A stretch of 63,898 bases of DNA, the filler included, from Octopus bimaculoides (Eukaryota), in the NCBI RefSeq assembly GCF_001194135.2. It is 5 parts of 5 records of this genome, joined end to end, with 100 filler letters (N's around TTAATTAATTAA, not from the genome) between each part and the next. Parts side by side here need not be neighbours in the genome. Positions count along the whole stretch, not along the records: positions 1 to 29,483 come from NC_068999.1; 4 more parts are not named here. The stretch is one strand, 5' to 3'. The notes under the pieces are model-generated. The model worked only from the letters and a program-made list of their open reading frames with translations, had not been told where the DNA came from and did no database searches. Position numbers and translations under genes: made by a program. This document shows positions 13,370 through 26,280 of this stretch, piece after piece. Within the stretch, counting starts at the first letter, position 1. Each line of letters starts with the position of its first letter.

Positions 13370-13910
13370 GCAGTACCAGGCGGTGGATCTGACGGCTTCT
13401 GATCTTAACTGATTGGAAGTGTTTTCATGTACATTGATTTCTTATGTTATAAAAGATGCGCTATAGTAAATATTCTGCTCAATATCACACATTTGCTTGT
13501 CAGTTGCTTGACCTTAACCAGTTGAACATGTCCCTTAATGGCTGACGATATGTGCGTCTCTTATAACGAGCAGAAGTATTGGAGAACATCATAGCGGAAT
13601 TCTTTGGGATTTGGATAATTTACCTTGGAAACATAAGTGTTTTCGTTACCATCATTAAACAACCATGATCCTGGTACTTTGGAGCGGGATTGGCTACTCC
13701 ACCCGAAAACAATGTCTAACTGGGCCTCACCTGCAAGATCTTGCAATGTTTATCATGATATCAAATCAGTATATCGTGAACATATTGTAGCGATGCATGT
13801 GCTTGGTGTACCCTATCAGACGGGTAATCATGATGGTCATACTGGGCTTCATATATTTAACCCCAGTGTCACTTAGATGGTATGCACTGCTCTCTCACTC
13901 AATAATAATA
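13370..13910 (+). repeat. Unclassified repeat-like segment ending in an (AAT)n tail
   Basis: No coding frame; ends ctcactcaataataataat, where the following LINE begins. Repeat status is from memory, not shown within this window. Confidence 0.3.
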
Positions 13911-14600
13911 ATGTACTGAAAAGAAATACAAGTAACTGTAGAATATGTGGTGATGAAGAAGAAACAATAAATCATATTGTTTCTAGCTGTCCGGTGCTTG
14001 CTAAGAAGGAATATATTCACATGCATGACAGAGTTAGGACCAATATGTACTGGAAGTTATACCAACTCTATGGAATAACAACAGAAAAAAAGATAGTATG
14101 GGCACATCCCAGAAAAGGTTAGAGAAATTGAGAAATCAACATACTCTGGGATATGTCAGTCCACACAAAGGCCAATATGCCGGATATTGTTGTCAGCGAT
14201 CACCAAGACAAAAGAAGCGCTCTAATCGATGTATCAATACCAACAGATGATAACGTGTCTCTAAAAGAAACAGATGAACTTTCAAAATACAAAGATCTGG
14301 AAATAGAGGGAACTCGAATGTTGAGCCTAAAAACAGAAACAATTCCTCTTACAGTAGGCGCTTTAGGTATGATAGAAAAAAAGACTGTCAGACAAATACA
14401 AAACAGAAATACCAGTACCTACAGTTATATATTACATATAGAAAATAGCATTACTTTGCACCGCTCACATCCTACGTAAAGCTCTTTCAATACCTTGGAA
14501 ATGAGATCCCCACAACAAGTACACAGCACGTACCCAAGGCTCGGTCGTGAAGAGAAAGCACGTGTTAAAATAAAACTATTGAAAAAAATAATAACAATTT
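13905..14600 (+). mobile_element. RLE-type non-LTR retrotransposon (R4/Dong-like), 5'-truncated, frameshifted
   Basis: CCHC knuckle CRICGDEEETINHIVSSC, HDRV (RHD motif), endonuclease PDIVV..LIDVSIP.D.N..KE..KYKDLE..IPLTVGALG; A/AAT-rich tail. Confidence 0.92.
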
Positions 14601-14643
14601 CTAATATAGGTACAATGCATGAAAATTTAGGGAAGGGGTATAG

Positions 14644-15020
14644 TTGATTACAATGACCCCAGTGTTTCACTGTTACTTAATTTATGGACCCTGAAAAGAC
14701 TGAAAGTCACAGTCCATCAATTTAGAAGTTGAACTCAGGACGTAAAGACAGACGAGATATTGCTAATCACTTCGTCCAGCGTGCTAACGATTCTGCCAGC
14801 TCGCTGCCTTAATAAAGCTAATAATCCTTTCTTGTTTAAGCCCAAGACATGAAATTTTTGGGGACGGAACTAGCCGATTACATTGACGCCAGTGTTTCAA
14901 TGATATTTAATTTATCGACACCGAAAAGAACGAAAGAGAATGTCCACTTCAGCGGAATTTGTACTCAGAACGTAGCGACAGGAGAAATACCACTAAGTTT
15001 TCGACCAGCGTATCGCCTTG
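14644..15020 (-). mobile_element. Two adjacent SINE family B copies (14644-14808, 14825-15020)
   Basis: Both carry gaactcag(g/a)acgta; the first ends gtgctaacgattctgccagctcgctgcc. Confidence 0.8.
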
Positions 15021-15035
15021 ATAATATTAATTATA

Positions 15036-15690
15036 ATGAGGCTAGCAGAAACAAAACGCCCAAAGCAAGTCAGTTTAACATTTCTTCTCTCTCTTTTCCT
15101 TTGTTTGTTTATCTCTTCAAATATTCCTACCTAGCTGCGCCAAAGAAAATCTGTTAAAAATGTATTGCCTCCCTTTTTATTTCTTCCTTTTTTTTTTTTT
15201 GTTTATCTTCTTCGAATATTCCTCCGTAGCTACTCTAATGAAAACACGGCTTTGCTATGAGGCTAGCAGCACAACGCCAAATAAAGGCGGCTAAAAATTT
15301 CTTCTCCCAATTTTCCTCTTGTTTTTACATTTACCATCTTGAAATATTCCAAACTAGCTACGCTAAAGTAAGCCTGTTAAAAATTTCTTCAGCCTATATT
15401 CTTGTTCTTTTTCTTTCTTTTTTATCTTCTTCAAATATACTTCCCTAGCTTCTTTAATGAAAAGACGGCTTTGCCATGACGCTAGCAAGACAACGCCAAA
15501 GAAAGTCAGTTAAACATTTCTTCTCCCTTTTTTCCCCTTTTTTTTTCATTTATCTTCTTCAAATATGCCTACCTAGCTGCACCATAGAAAGTCAGTCAAA
15601 CATTTATTTTGCCTCTTTTCACTTTTTGTTTATTTTCTTCAAATATTCCCACCTAGCTACTCTAATGAAAAAACAGCTTGCCATAAGGCA
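15036..15690. repeat. Diverged minisatellite, three ~220 bp units each made of two related subunits
   Basis: atgaggctagcag-like starts at 15036, 15257, 15476; tttatcttcttcaaatattcc...ctagct occurs six times. Confidence 0.85.
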
Positions 15691-15878
15691 TTATTATTAT
15701 GGAAACCCACAGCTTATTTTACTGAGTATGATGGAAAGTGTCAGCTCTCCACACCCTGCAGACTAAGGTGACACTTGTTTACTGGTCATACTCCAAAAAA
15801 CCCGCGAAGAGTTCATGCAGTTCGAAGTAATGCTAATTATTTTAGCCTTTCTACCTTCACGCCTGCACCGATCTAATG

Positions 15879-15949
<71 letters not shown>
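15879..15949. repeat. (AAT)n microsatellite
   Basis: Direct inspection. Confidence 0.97.
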
Positions 15950-15951
<2 letters not shown>

Positions 15952-15959
15952 TAACAACT

Positions 15960-16290
15960 ATTATGATTATTATTGTTATTATCATTCCCTAATAACACAG
16001 ATGTAGTTAAAATGCACCGTAGTCTTTAGTTATCTGTTAAGTCACAACAAGGACCTCAGGCAGGTAATACTTTGCTTGAGATGTGTGCTGTGCCCAATAA
16101 GGTTGCTTATTGCAAGACATCACCCTTGCATGGGATTTCCAGTTGCCTTAAAGAGTCTTGAAGTTTCAAAGGGATTGCGCCGAACGCTCCGATCACTACT
16201 GGCATCAGTTCTACATTACCCTCAATCGTTCAATACAGTCTTACCATATCCACTTTCAATTCGGAGTACTTGATGTTTTTTTTAACCTCT
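15960..16290 (-). mobile_element. RLE-type LINE (R4/Dong-like) extreme 3' fragment, second family
   Basis: Minus strand: KYSELKVDMVRLY..VELMPVVIGAFGAIP..LQ*ATLLGTAHISSKVL, then UTR and (AAT)n tail. Confidence 0.8.
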
Positions 16291-16349
16291 TTACTCACAA
16301 CATTCATGTCATTTTGTATAACTACATCAGTGATCTTTCTGTATTTGTC

Positions 16350-17860
16350 TCTTATTATTATTTTTATTATTATTCTGAGACACTCCCGGAGAATACTTAA
16401 TTACTGTTTGATATTTAGTTAAAAGCAGGCAATAACAAATAACCAAAGTTTTCAAGTAGTGCCTTCTCCTGTCACTAACATATACAATTCTCTCCTTCGA
16501 ATGCGAGCTGTACCCAAAAATGCTGTCTTCTGTAACACTTCCAGCCTGACAGTAGCTCCAGTATTCTTAATATGCTTTCCAAAGCTCTTGGAAACTGCTC
16601 TACTTACCACCGGTATCACTATTACTTTCCTTATGCGCCATAATTTGCTTATCTCTTCCCGCAGTATTTCTCACTCTAGTTTTCTATTTCCTTACATTTT
16701 ATCTACGAATCGTCTGGTATTGCAACATCTATTATCTTTGTTTCTTTTTCATCTGTATGGATGATTACGATTTCTGGCCGTCTCGCCTCTGTGACTTGGT
16801 CGCACTCCTGTTAAAATCCCAAAGTATTTTGTAATGTTCGTTTTCTTTTACTCCCCCTGGCCTTTGTTCATGCAGTTTGTTGACTCTCTCGAGGTTTACT
16901 GTACCGCACAACAAGTGGACATATCTGACCACATTGTCGTGTCTCCTTTTGTATTCGCGCTGTGCGAGCTTACATCACTTACTAACAATATGGCTTATAC
17001 ATTCCCCCTTCTCAGAGCACATCGTACACGGTTGCGCGCCAATGCATTTATCAATGTGATATTTGGAGTAGTTTGTTCTAAGAGCTTTTTTCTTGAGCGC
17101 TGCGCACAAATGCCTATTTTATTCAGCCATTGCCAGGTTCTATTCCATCCAATCTCATCTTTATTCTTCAAGAACTGACTGTGCATTTTCTTGTCCTGCC
17201 AAATTTTCTTCATCTGCTCTCTCTCGTCTTCCTGAAATTGTGTTAGATCTACGCCTTCATTCACTTTTAATGTTCCTTGCATTTTCACTGCTTCAAGCAT
17301 TTCTTCTTTACTATACTTGACATACCAAGCCAGGCTATTTTCCTATTCCCTTACACAACCTTCACAACACACCAATCACTGTCCGCCTTCTTTTCGCTTT
17401 ACATACAATCATGACACATTACTATTGGGGTTTAGTTCCTTGCTCATTGTAATTAACTTACGTGTGCTCCGTTCTATCTGTTGTGATTCATTCTTCTTCC
17501 AGGATACGATTCCTCCTCCATATCTTATCATAGCAACTGCCCACATATTAATTGCTATAATATTATAGCGGCCATTTAGTTCCGACTGGAGCACAAGCCG
17601 TAATCTCCTCAAACAATCTTCCTATACAGTTCTTTCATCATCTCTTCATTCATCGTATCTCTTTCAATGATACCCACATACTTATATCCTTCCTCTCCGA
17701 ATTCCTGTATAGTTTCGCCAATTTACAGCTCGATCCCATCGTTTTTACTGATTTTCCACCTTTTCAGAATCATTACACCACATTTCTCGATCCTAAATTC
17801 CATGCCGACATCTTTCCTAATCATCTGCAAATTTGCCATCAAACTCTCAATTCCTCTTTC
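16350..17860 (-). mobile_element. RLE-type LINE (R4/Dong-like), RT C-terminus to endonuclease, pseudogene
   Basis: Minus strand: DVGMEFRIEKC..GYKYVGI; LNGRYNIIAINMWAVAMIRYGGG; WQDKKMHSQF; CTMCSEKGECISHIVS..KLAQREYKRRHDNV; LQKTAFLGTARI; (AAT)-rich tail at 16352-16374. Confidence 0.92.
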
Positions 17861-17867
17861 GAGCTAC

Positions 17868-18125
17868 TGCTTCTTTTTCTTCTTCTTCTTCTTCTTCTTC
17901 TTCTTCTTCTTCTTCTTCTTCTTCTTCTTCTTCTTCTTCTTCTTCTTCTTCTTCTCCTCCTCCTCCTCCTCATCATCATCATCATCATCATCGTCGTCGT
18001 CGTCGTCATCACCATCATCATCATCACCATCATCATCCTCACCATCATCATCACCATCATCACCATCATCATCATCATCATCAACATCATCATCATCATC
18101 ATCATCATCATCAGCATCATCATTC
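17868..18125. repeat. Compound trinucleotide tract (TCT)n-(TCC)n-(TCA)n-(TCG)n-(TCA/CCA)n
   Basis: Direct inspection; abuts the 5' truncation point of the LINE. Confidence 0.95.
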
Positions 18126-18912
18126 CTGCAGCAATTCGTTCAATATAGACGTGTTGCGTTTTATACGGTTTCAACCATTGAATAATAATTAAATTTTTAA
18201 GCCGCTTCATATGAAGCCAATGTCATTTCATTTCCTCACATTTCACCAAGATATAATAAACTTATTTTTTTTCTTTGTCTTTCATATTTATTCATCTTAA
18301 TATAACTTGTCTTTGCTCCTACGATTTAAACTGAGTTACGTACATTGCTTTCTCTTTGCTTTGTTCGTGCAAATGTTTCGATTATGTGTTGATGGATTTA
18401 TTTACTTATTCATTTCTATTTCAAGTCAACTTTTATATATCATTCTCAATTCACTATTGTTCAGCTAGTTTTTGTTTCCGTTCTTTCGTTTCTATTTCTT
18501 TATTGCTTCTACATTTCTGTATAACGTGTTGTGTCACAATGTACCCTATCTAGTGTTACGTACACGCAAATATCTACCAATGTGTCGACAATTCAATTCA
18601 ATTGACTGTCATTAAAATTCGAACGGAAATTTTTATAAACAATATCTCTATGTGTCTAACTGTCTAACTGTCATCTCTTATCACGTTTCCTCACTACTTC
18701 TCAGAATTATGTGCATCACTCGAAGCTTCCTATCACACATACACATACACACACAGATACACGCACTCACACACACACACACATAAACACACACATATAC
18801 ACCTACAAGACATCATATATATATGTATATATATATATATATGTATATGCATGTATAAAGAGGAAGAGAGACAGATATATAATTATCTAGCAATACGTGT
18901 TGCATGTGAATA

Positions 18913-18943
<31 letters not shown>

Positions 18944-19357
18944 NNNNNNNNNNNNNNNNNNNNNNNNNNNNNNNNNNNNNNNNNNNNNNNNNNNNNNNNN
19001 NNNNNNNNNNNNNNNNNNNNNNNNNNNNNNNNNNNNNNNNNNNNNNNNNNNNNNNNNNNNNNNNNNNNNNNNNNNNNNNNNNNNNNNNNNNNNNNNNNNN
19101 NNNNNNNNNNNNNNNNNNNNNNNNNNNNNNNNNNNNNNNNNNNNNNNNNNNNNNNNNNNNNNNNNNNNNNNNNNNNNNNNNNNNNNNNNNNNNNNNNNNN
19201 NNNNNNNNNNNNNNNNNNNNNNNNNNNNNNNNNNNNNNNNNNNNNNNNNNNNNNNNNNNNNNNNNNNNNNNNNNNNNNNNNNNNNNNNNNNNNNNNNNNN
19301 NNNNNNNNNNNNNNNNNNNNNNNNNNNNNNNNNNNNNNNNNNNNNNNNNNNNNNNNN

Positions 19358-19390
<33 letters not shown>

Positions 19391-21156
19391 CATACATACA
19401 TGCATACATACATGCATACATACATACACAGACGTAGAGGAAAACGCTCATCCTAATTCTCATACGTAACCCAAATATTTCTTTGTTCAAAGTGTTGCAA
19501 ATCGTTCAACTTAAAAGTAGATTCATATATTGCGCGATAATGTAATAATATGCATATGAAATCTAATAGAGAAAATTACATAAGCATAATAAAAGGCAGC
19601 GCATAAAAATAAATACATATTTTCCCTAAAAGATGTACCGAATTGCATAACACTATGAACAGAGAATTATATATGCAACGATATTTTTCTTCTCTGATCA
19701 AATAAAGCGGAGTACAATATCATGTATTTTATTTTCGCAGACAATGGTATTATGTAGATTCTGAATATATGATGACCAGGTCAAAAGTCAAGGGCATACT
19801 TTTGTGGAACATTCCTATGTTCGGAAAGAATTACGGAAAAAAAAATGAAGATAAACACACTTAAGTATTATGGTGGAAATTACTATAAATATTTCATGTA
19901 ATCCTTCGTTCAAAAAATGAATATATACACACAAACACACATACACAGACACAGAAACACACAGGTGTCGCCGTCTCTCTCTCTCTATATATATATATAT
20001 ACACATACACACACACGTACGTATATATACACATATACAGACACATATATACAAATAACTGTGTGTGTATGTGTGTGTATGTGTGCGTGTGTGTGTAAGT
20101 AAGCATATGCAGATATTTATACATGTATATAAATGTACATACATAGATACGTCATGATAATCAGGTTTTATTGTAATATGATAGTGAGATTCTAAACTTC
20201 AACACAGAAGCAAATGTTAAGGCTCATTAGGAACATGCACATTTCACACCTCTACTTTCTCTGGTTAGACGAAAGCTATCAAACCACACAATGGATAAAT
20301 ATATATAATACGAACGACTTAAGAAAAAAATAATAAATACAGAATTGCTGTTTTAATTTTCATAAATATACGTGTTTTAGTAAATCGACTGAAATAATTG
20401 TACATGCATTTAGCTATAATTTATAACATGTTCGATTTATCTCTTCGGTGTTTTCAGAGAAATATGCAAAACGTAGTGTTGTATTTATCCAAAACTGCGC
20501 TTCTGTGGTTGAAGATAATAGGTGCCCTCTGCAAAATATAGTATCTGACAAAGCGAGTAGGGCGATGGAGACTACCGAATCATTACAAACAGAAGTATGC
20601 ACACATACACAGTCGTACATTCTCAGAACTGGACAAGTACCTACACATTAGACAAGAGAAATGTCTTTGAGTTGATGTAGACAAAAACAATGATAGTCCC
20701 AATCACAAAAACGATAACAATGATAACAGTAATAATATCAAGGCATAGGCAACTACTCTCTTATATCAGAGGTGAACTGAGTGTTACCACAGATTTGAAT
20801 GTTTATAAAAATGGCTTCAAAACCAAGATCTTAGGCAGAGAAATGCGTATTCTTAAATAACTTACTATTTGGGCAGTGATAAGTGGTATAATTCAAACCC
20901 CATTCACACGTGTCCAATATTTACGTTGGCATTCATTCACTCATGCGTTATCAACCATATCTGGACCTGTACGAGAATTTATACGTACACGTACATGCAC
21001 ATGTATACATTCATAACGTACCCAACGATGCACATATACATGTATAACCTCATATTGATACTTTCACTGGTATCATCCCATTCACTAAGAGAGCTAGTAA
21101 TTTCTGCCTATTTGCTCACCCAGTGTCATGTACGGGATTATGTATTTGTTCATATT

Positions 21157-22296
21157 TATGGAGTTGGCAAGATAGAATACAAAGAATGAACTTTAATCAA
21201 TGACCTTTTGCCGTCTTTCTGGCAAATTCATGATTTCACGCCCATATAATTTTTGGTCCGTATCAGCCAATGACTGAGACAAATGCGATTTCAAGTCTTC
21301 ATTCAAAGAATTTTGCAATCTCGAAATAAATGGTATTTGATAATGCAAGCTCAGGGCTATACGGTGGATTTGACATCACTTCCCAATCAAGCTCATGTAA
21401 TTTTTCACGTGTTAGCAAAACGTGTGTGGTCCAGCGTTGTCTTGGTGGAACACGATTCCGGTACGAATTGTCAATTCTGGCTGTTTTTAATTGATTGCTT
21501 CCTCCAGTTTCATTAGTTGTTGACACTAAACTTCTTAATTGATCGTTTGGTTCCTTGGGGGCAGCTCAAGATACACAACACCTTTGTTATCCCGGACCAT
21601 TTCTTTATGCAATTCAGCTATCGATGTAATCTACGCTGGTTCATTACGCTTGGACCTTGATCGTTTCGATTGAGGTTATTGTAGACAATCCATCTCTCAT
21701 CACAAGTTATGATTCATTTCAAAAAGAAAAGGTCGATTCCGTTGCGTTTCATATGCGTATCGCAAATATTGATTAAGTATTAAGTGTATAGTTAATCTCT
21801 TTCAATTTATAGGGAATCCAAATATCGAGCTTCTTTCAATGTTTGTATGTGATACATTTAAACTCTCTGCAATCTCTCGCACAGTTATATGACAATCACA
21901 TTCAATTATTGCTTTGATTCGGTCATCATCAACTTCAGAAGGTCGACAGGAACGTTGGTCATCTTTCAGAACGGAATTTTTAAAACCATTTCTGACATGT
22001 GCTTTCTTTTAAGCAGTTAACAACACACACTTCACATACATTTTTATGAGCCTCAACAGCGTTCTTATCTTTACGGAAATAAAAATGCAAAATATGGCGA
22101 AAATGCTCGTTTTTACACGCCATGCTAAAACACTGAACTAACTATTGTAAACAAAATTACGCGCAACTTGCTTCTACAGTAAGCTAAAGGTAACGGCTAT
22201 CAAATGTCAAAAGCAAAAATATCATAACATTGAAAAAAGTCCTTCAAAAGTAATTCTACTTGCGTAAAACGAAATTACCTTCTTGCCAACCCAATA
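21157..22296 (-). mobile_element. Mos1-like mariner, near full length, pseudogene
   Basis: Minus strand: NEHFRHILHFYFRKDKNAVEAH; LKDDQRSCRPSEVDDD; FLK*IITCDERWIVYNN (first catalytic D); GIVFHQDNAGPH (second D); PPYSPELALS. Degenerate TIRs tatggagttggcaaga / tcttgccaacccaata. Confidence 0.93.
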
Positions 22297-24169
22297 TATT
22301 ACATGTAGATAACAATATCGTTTTAAGAAAACTATCGGGTCAGGTAAGCTTTTAGGTAAGCTTTTAGGACTACGTAGTCCATGAACGTGTAATAGCATAT
22401 ATTTATGAATTATGTAGAACTACTTCCTTCAACAAACCATGTTCACGACGTCGGGTGCAATAACTGGTCCTTGCCATGCATTTCATTCTTTCCAGAAATG
22501 TAACAATTCAATGATCAGAAAATTGCAGTAGATAAAAGCAATTTGATTTATATACACAGGCGGATAGGATGAGAAACAATATTTTACAAAGCTATAGATA
22601 TAGAAATATTTGTGTATAAGATTTACTAAAATATGCAAAACGTAGGGATTCCACCTCAATAGGTTTGCCATGTTACACAAATCATATAGAAGAACAGCAC
22701 TACGGTAGCGTTCATCAAAGTTGCATTATTTACCAATACCATAATTTCGGAATGTCGTACACTCTCTATATGCACTGCAAGTAGTTAAGTCATTGCATTA
22801 GATAAGGAGGTTTCTGATATTAATTAATAAAGTATATCACTGAACAGTGGGGCATAACCAGCAAGGATGGGTCCCTATCCCATATGGTGTAAAGTATCCC
22901 AGTACTGAACATTAAATATGTAGCTAATCTTATCGTCTATCAGATGAAGGTAAAACATTTAAGTCTAGGGTTGGAAATGGAAATGTTAGGAAAATAAGTT
23001 ACAGGGTTAACAGTGTTATAATGTTTGGTAGTATTACGCATGGAAACACTAGATGAGCACCTCACATTATATACTATTTTTGCTTGTAAGCATTATCCAC
23101 CCACTGGCAATCTGCGAGTCTTGTTAGGCTGGATTATGTTGATATACCACATAGAATAATATCTTCTGCTTAACGGAGACCATTTCTATATTCTATTAAA
23201 ATAATTCTACTTCTCAGCTTTCTGTCAGTATGTAGCAACACCATTGATGTTTAGAGAATTTGCTAAAGCGGTCTAATATCTGAACGAACTTAACGATATA
23301 TTTCTTTGTGTTTACTGCTGAAAACACTGAAGAGGTAGGTCGTTATGTTTATACAATTTGGTTAAACATGTATGCAATTTACTGGAAGGGGGATATATTT
23401 ATGAGGTTTGAAATTTCTATTATACATTTAGTTTTTCTTATAAAGATGACATATATATGCATGTTTGTGTATGTGTACGTGCGTGTGTGAGTATGCATGT
23501 TTGTGTGTGCGTTTATATGTATGAATGAAGAGAGACACATGTGTGCAGATAAGTTTATAAATGATTACAATGCTCCTTTATTAGAATAAATATATCATAA
23601 AATGTTTTAAATCATACTGAGAGCACAACATTAAATCATCAGAGATTGTACAACAAGCGAACAATTTACCTTAGTACATTCATAGTGGGAATGGAAAGCA
23701 TAGCATAGCATTGATGTTCCTGAACGTACATGAACGTATTGATTTTAAATCGCTTTATCTTAATTATCCTTCTTGGAATCATTATCTTAATTATACGTAA
23801 GCAGCGTCATCTTAATTGTCCCTGTTGGCTGCTTATCTAATTAATTGCCTCCACTTTGACAAATGCTCGCATAAGGCATCACATTTATTTGGCGCTTCAA
23901 GTTATTGTGGGCTATGAATCACACATTAGGTGTTGGTAGTTGATGAAGTACAATGAACCAGAAACATCGTAACGCGTAGATTAGTTCACACATATTTTAT
24001 ATGAAGGCTTTGTCTTCTGAGAAATTCTGGTTATAAAATAACGAAGAACAGTGAAGGTTTTCTAAGCGTGAATGTGTAAGAGCTTAGTACCAACAAAGAC
24101 ACAATGCTTTACCATAAATCCACAAATGTATATAGAAACACACATGGTTGCATATATTTATACATAGAT

Positions 24170-24740
24170 AATGCTATTTTTCCGGTGTTATTTCAAGATT
24201 TTTTGCCAACAAAGAAAGAGCCGGTTTCTAACCTAGATCCTGGGTTACTTCACTGGAATTTCAGCATCAATAAGATTGTCTTGTATGTATGCATGTACGT
24301 ATGTACGACATAATTTGGTTTTATTTCAAGATTCTTTGCCAATAGAAGAGCATGTTTGTAACCTACATCCAAGGCTTCTTCGTTGGTGTTTCAACGCCAA
24401 CAGAGTATGTTCGTATCTCAGTATCTATGTGTGCAGATGTGTATGTTTCGTTGTATATATGTATTCACATGCATATGGTTGCATATCTGGACATGCTCAT
24501 ATATACTTCAATGATACACATTTACATATTTTTACAGTTCCATTGATGGCTTAGATCTGTAGCCTTCGCATCAGCTCTCTCCTTTCTGGTTTTGAGAAAC
24601 CTAATTGCTCAAGATTGGCATCTAGGCAGTGCGTTACATACCCTAATGATTACAGGTGCAAACCTGAACTTGCATTCTGGATAGTGTAGGTGTAGATCCT
24701 TCAGATTTTCTTTTTCGGAGATTTTTAGATTTACGTTAAT
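24170..24740 (-). mobile_element. RLE-type LINE 3' fragment, same family as 55030-55970
   Basis: Minus strand: NLKISEKEN..YPECKFRFAPVII..GYVTHCLDANLEQLGFSKPE..RRLQI*AINGTVKICK; UTR similar to 55370-55450 and locally duplicated. Confidence 0.8.
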
Positions 24741-24776
24741 ATGTATGTATGTATGTATGTATGTATATATGTATGT

Positions 24777-24821
<45 letters not shown>

Positions 24822-25390
24822 GACAGACAGGCAGATAGCTAGATAGATAGATAGATAAATAGATAGAAAAAGGGAGAGAGGGAGAGAGAATGATTGAAAC
24901 ACACACAACGAAAGAAATCAACGCAGGAAGGACAAATGTTTAATTAGTTTAACGCTTAAAACAGTGTGGTGCATTGACGTTTCGTAAGATTTCTATTCAT
25001 CCCCAAAACAAGTGAGGAATAAATGAAGTTGTAGAGTGAAGACAACATCGTGGTAAGAGGAAAGGGCAATATATTCCGATGCCAGGTGGAAATGCAATTG
25101 TATTGTAGTGCTAAAAAGGAGAAAGGCCGGTAGGCGCTTGTTGAAGTCTGTATATGTATTTAGTTGAAGATGAATGTAAGTTTTGTAGTTGTAGAATTTT
25201 ACGGTGCATATGTGTGCAGACATGTGCAAGGTTGAGTTTGGGTCGGTGGATGTGCGTGAATAATAGTATAGTTTTTGAGGAAGTCGTGGTGGCTCTATGC
25301 GAAAATGTGAAATGAAGTGGAACGCAATGTAGTATGTGGCAGATTTGTGTGCAAATGTATAATTGCGATTAATATACAAGAAAGATGCAG

Positions 25391-26280
25391 GACTGGCTGT
25401 ATGGTATGAAGATTGCTTAGCAACCACCTAGTTCGGGTTCAGTCCCACAGCGTGGCAACTTGGGTAAGTGTGTTCTACTATAGCCTGAGACCGACCAAAG
25501 CCATTTGAGTGGATTTGGTAGATGGAAAGCTGCCTCTGTTCATCCTCTAATTCCTTATGTACTTTGTACTTGTATATGTAAACCAGGTTGGCAGAATAAC
25601 ATAGTCTGCTATAGACACCTGTGCTTTGGTTCTTTCTTTCGTTTTCTTTCTTTTTTGTCACTTTTGCTATGAATTAAATTAATGAATTCAACGGGATACA
25701 CCGTCTGCAAATAGTTGGGTTCAGCATATTATCCTCCATTTTCTTATTGTTATACAAATTTTGGGTAAAACCTCCACTTTTACCCGCTCCCATTGATTGC
25801 ACTTAGTATAGCAGTAGTGTAGCAATAATTGGGTACCCTACCAGCAGTATACTGGATAGATACTATCCCTTAGTAGGTTGAACGCCCAACCCCTAACTCT
25901 CTCACGTTATATATATATATATATANNNNNNNNNNNNNNNNNNNNNNNNNNNNNNNNNNNNNNNNNNNNNNNNATGTCTGTGTGTGTATGTGTGTGTGTG
26001 TGTATGCGTATATATGTATATATATGTATGTATGCATGTAAGTATGCATGCATGTATGTATGTGTGCTTATGTGTCTGTATTTGTCGTCCATCACCGCTT
26101 CTAAAACGGTGTCGGTGTGTTTACCTCCTCGTAACTTACCATCTCGGCAGGAGAGACCGATAGAATAAGTTTCAGGCATAAAAATAAGTCCTGCAATCGA
26201 TTCATTCGGCTAAAACTTCAAGGCAGTGCCCCAGCATGGCAGGAGTCTGATGACTGAAATGGATAAAAGGCAAAAGATAA
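25391..26280 (+). mobile_element. SINE family A split into 5' half (25391-25531) and 3' half (26075-26280)
   Basis: Both halves match family A in the same orientation; ~370 bp unique DNA plus microsatellite and gap lie between. Confidence 0.7.

Noticed and set aside
17667-18210. Poly-F/S/H/R/M ORFs
   Set aside because: Compound trinucleotide microsatellite overlapping the antisense of a dead LINE.
22944-22949. 6-nt microexon-like cag|ATGAAG|gt with upstream ctaat
   Set aside because: Too short to distinguish from chance.
24965-25010. Hammerhead-like GATGA...GAAAC on the minus strand
   Set aside because: CUGA core, stem II pairing and cleavage triplet all fail.
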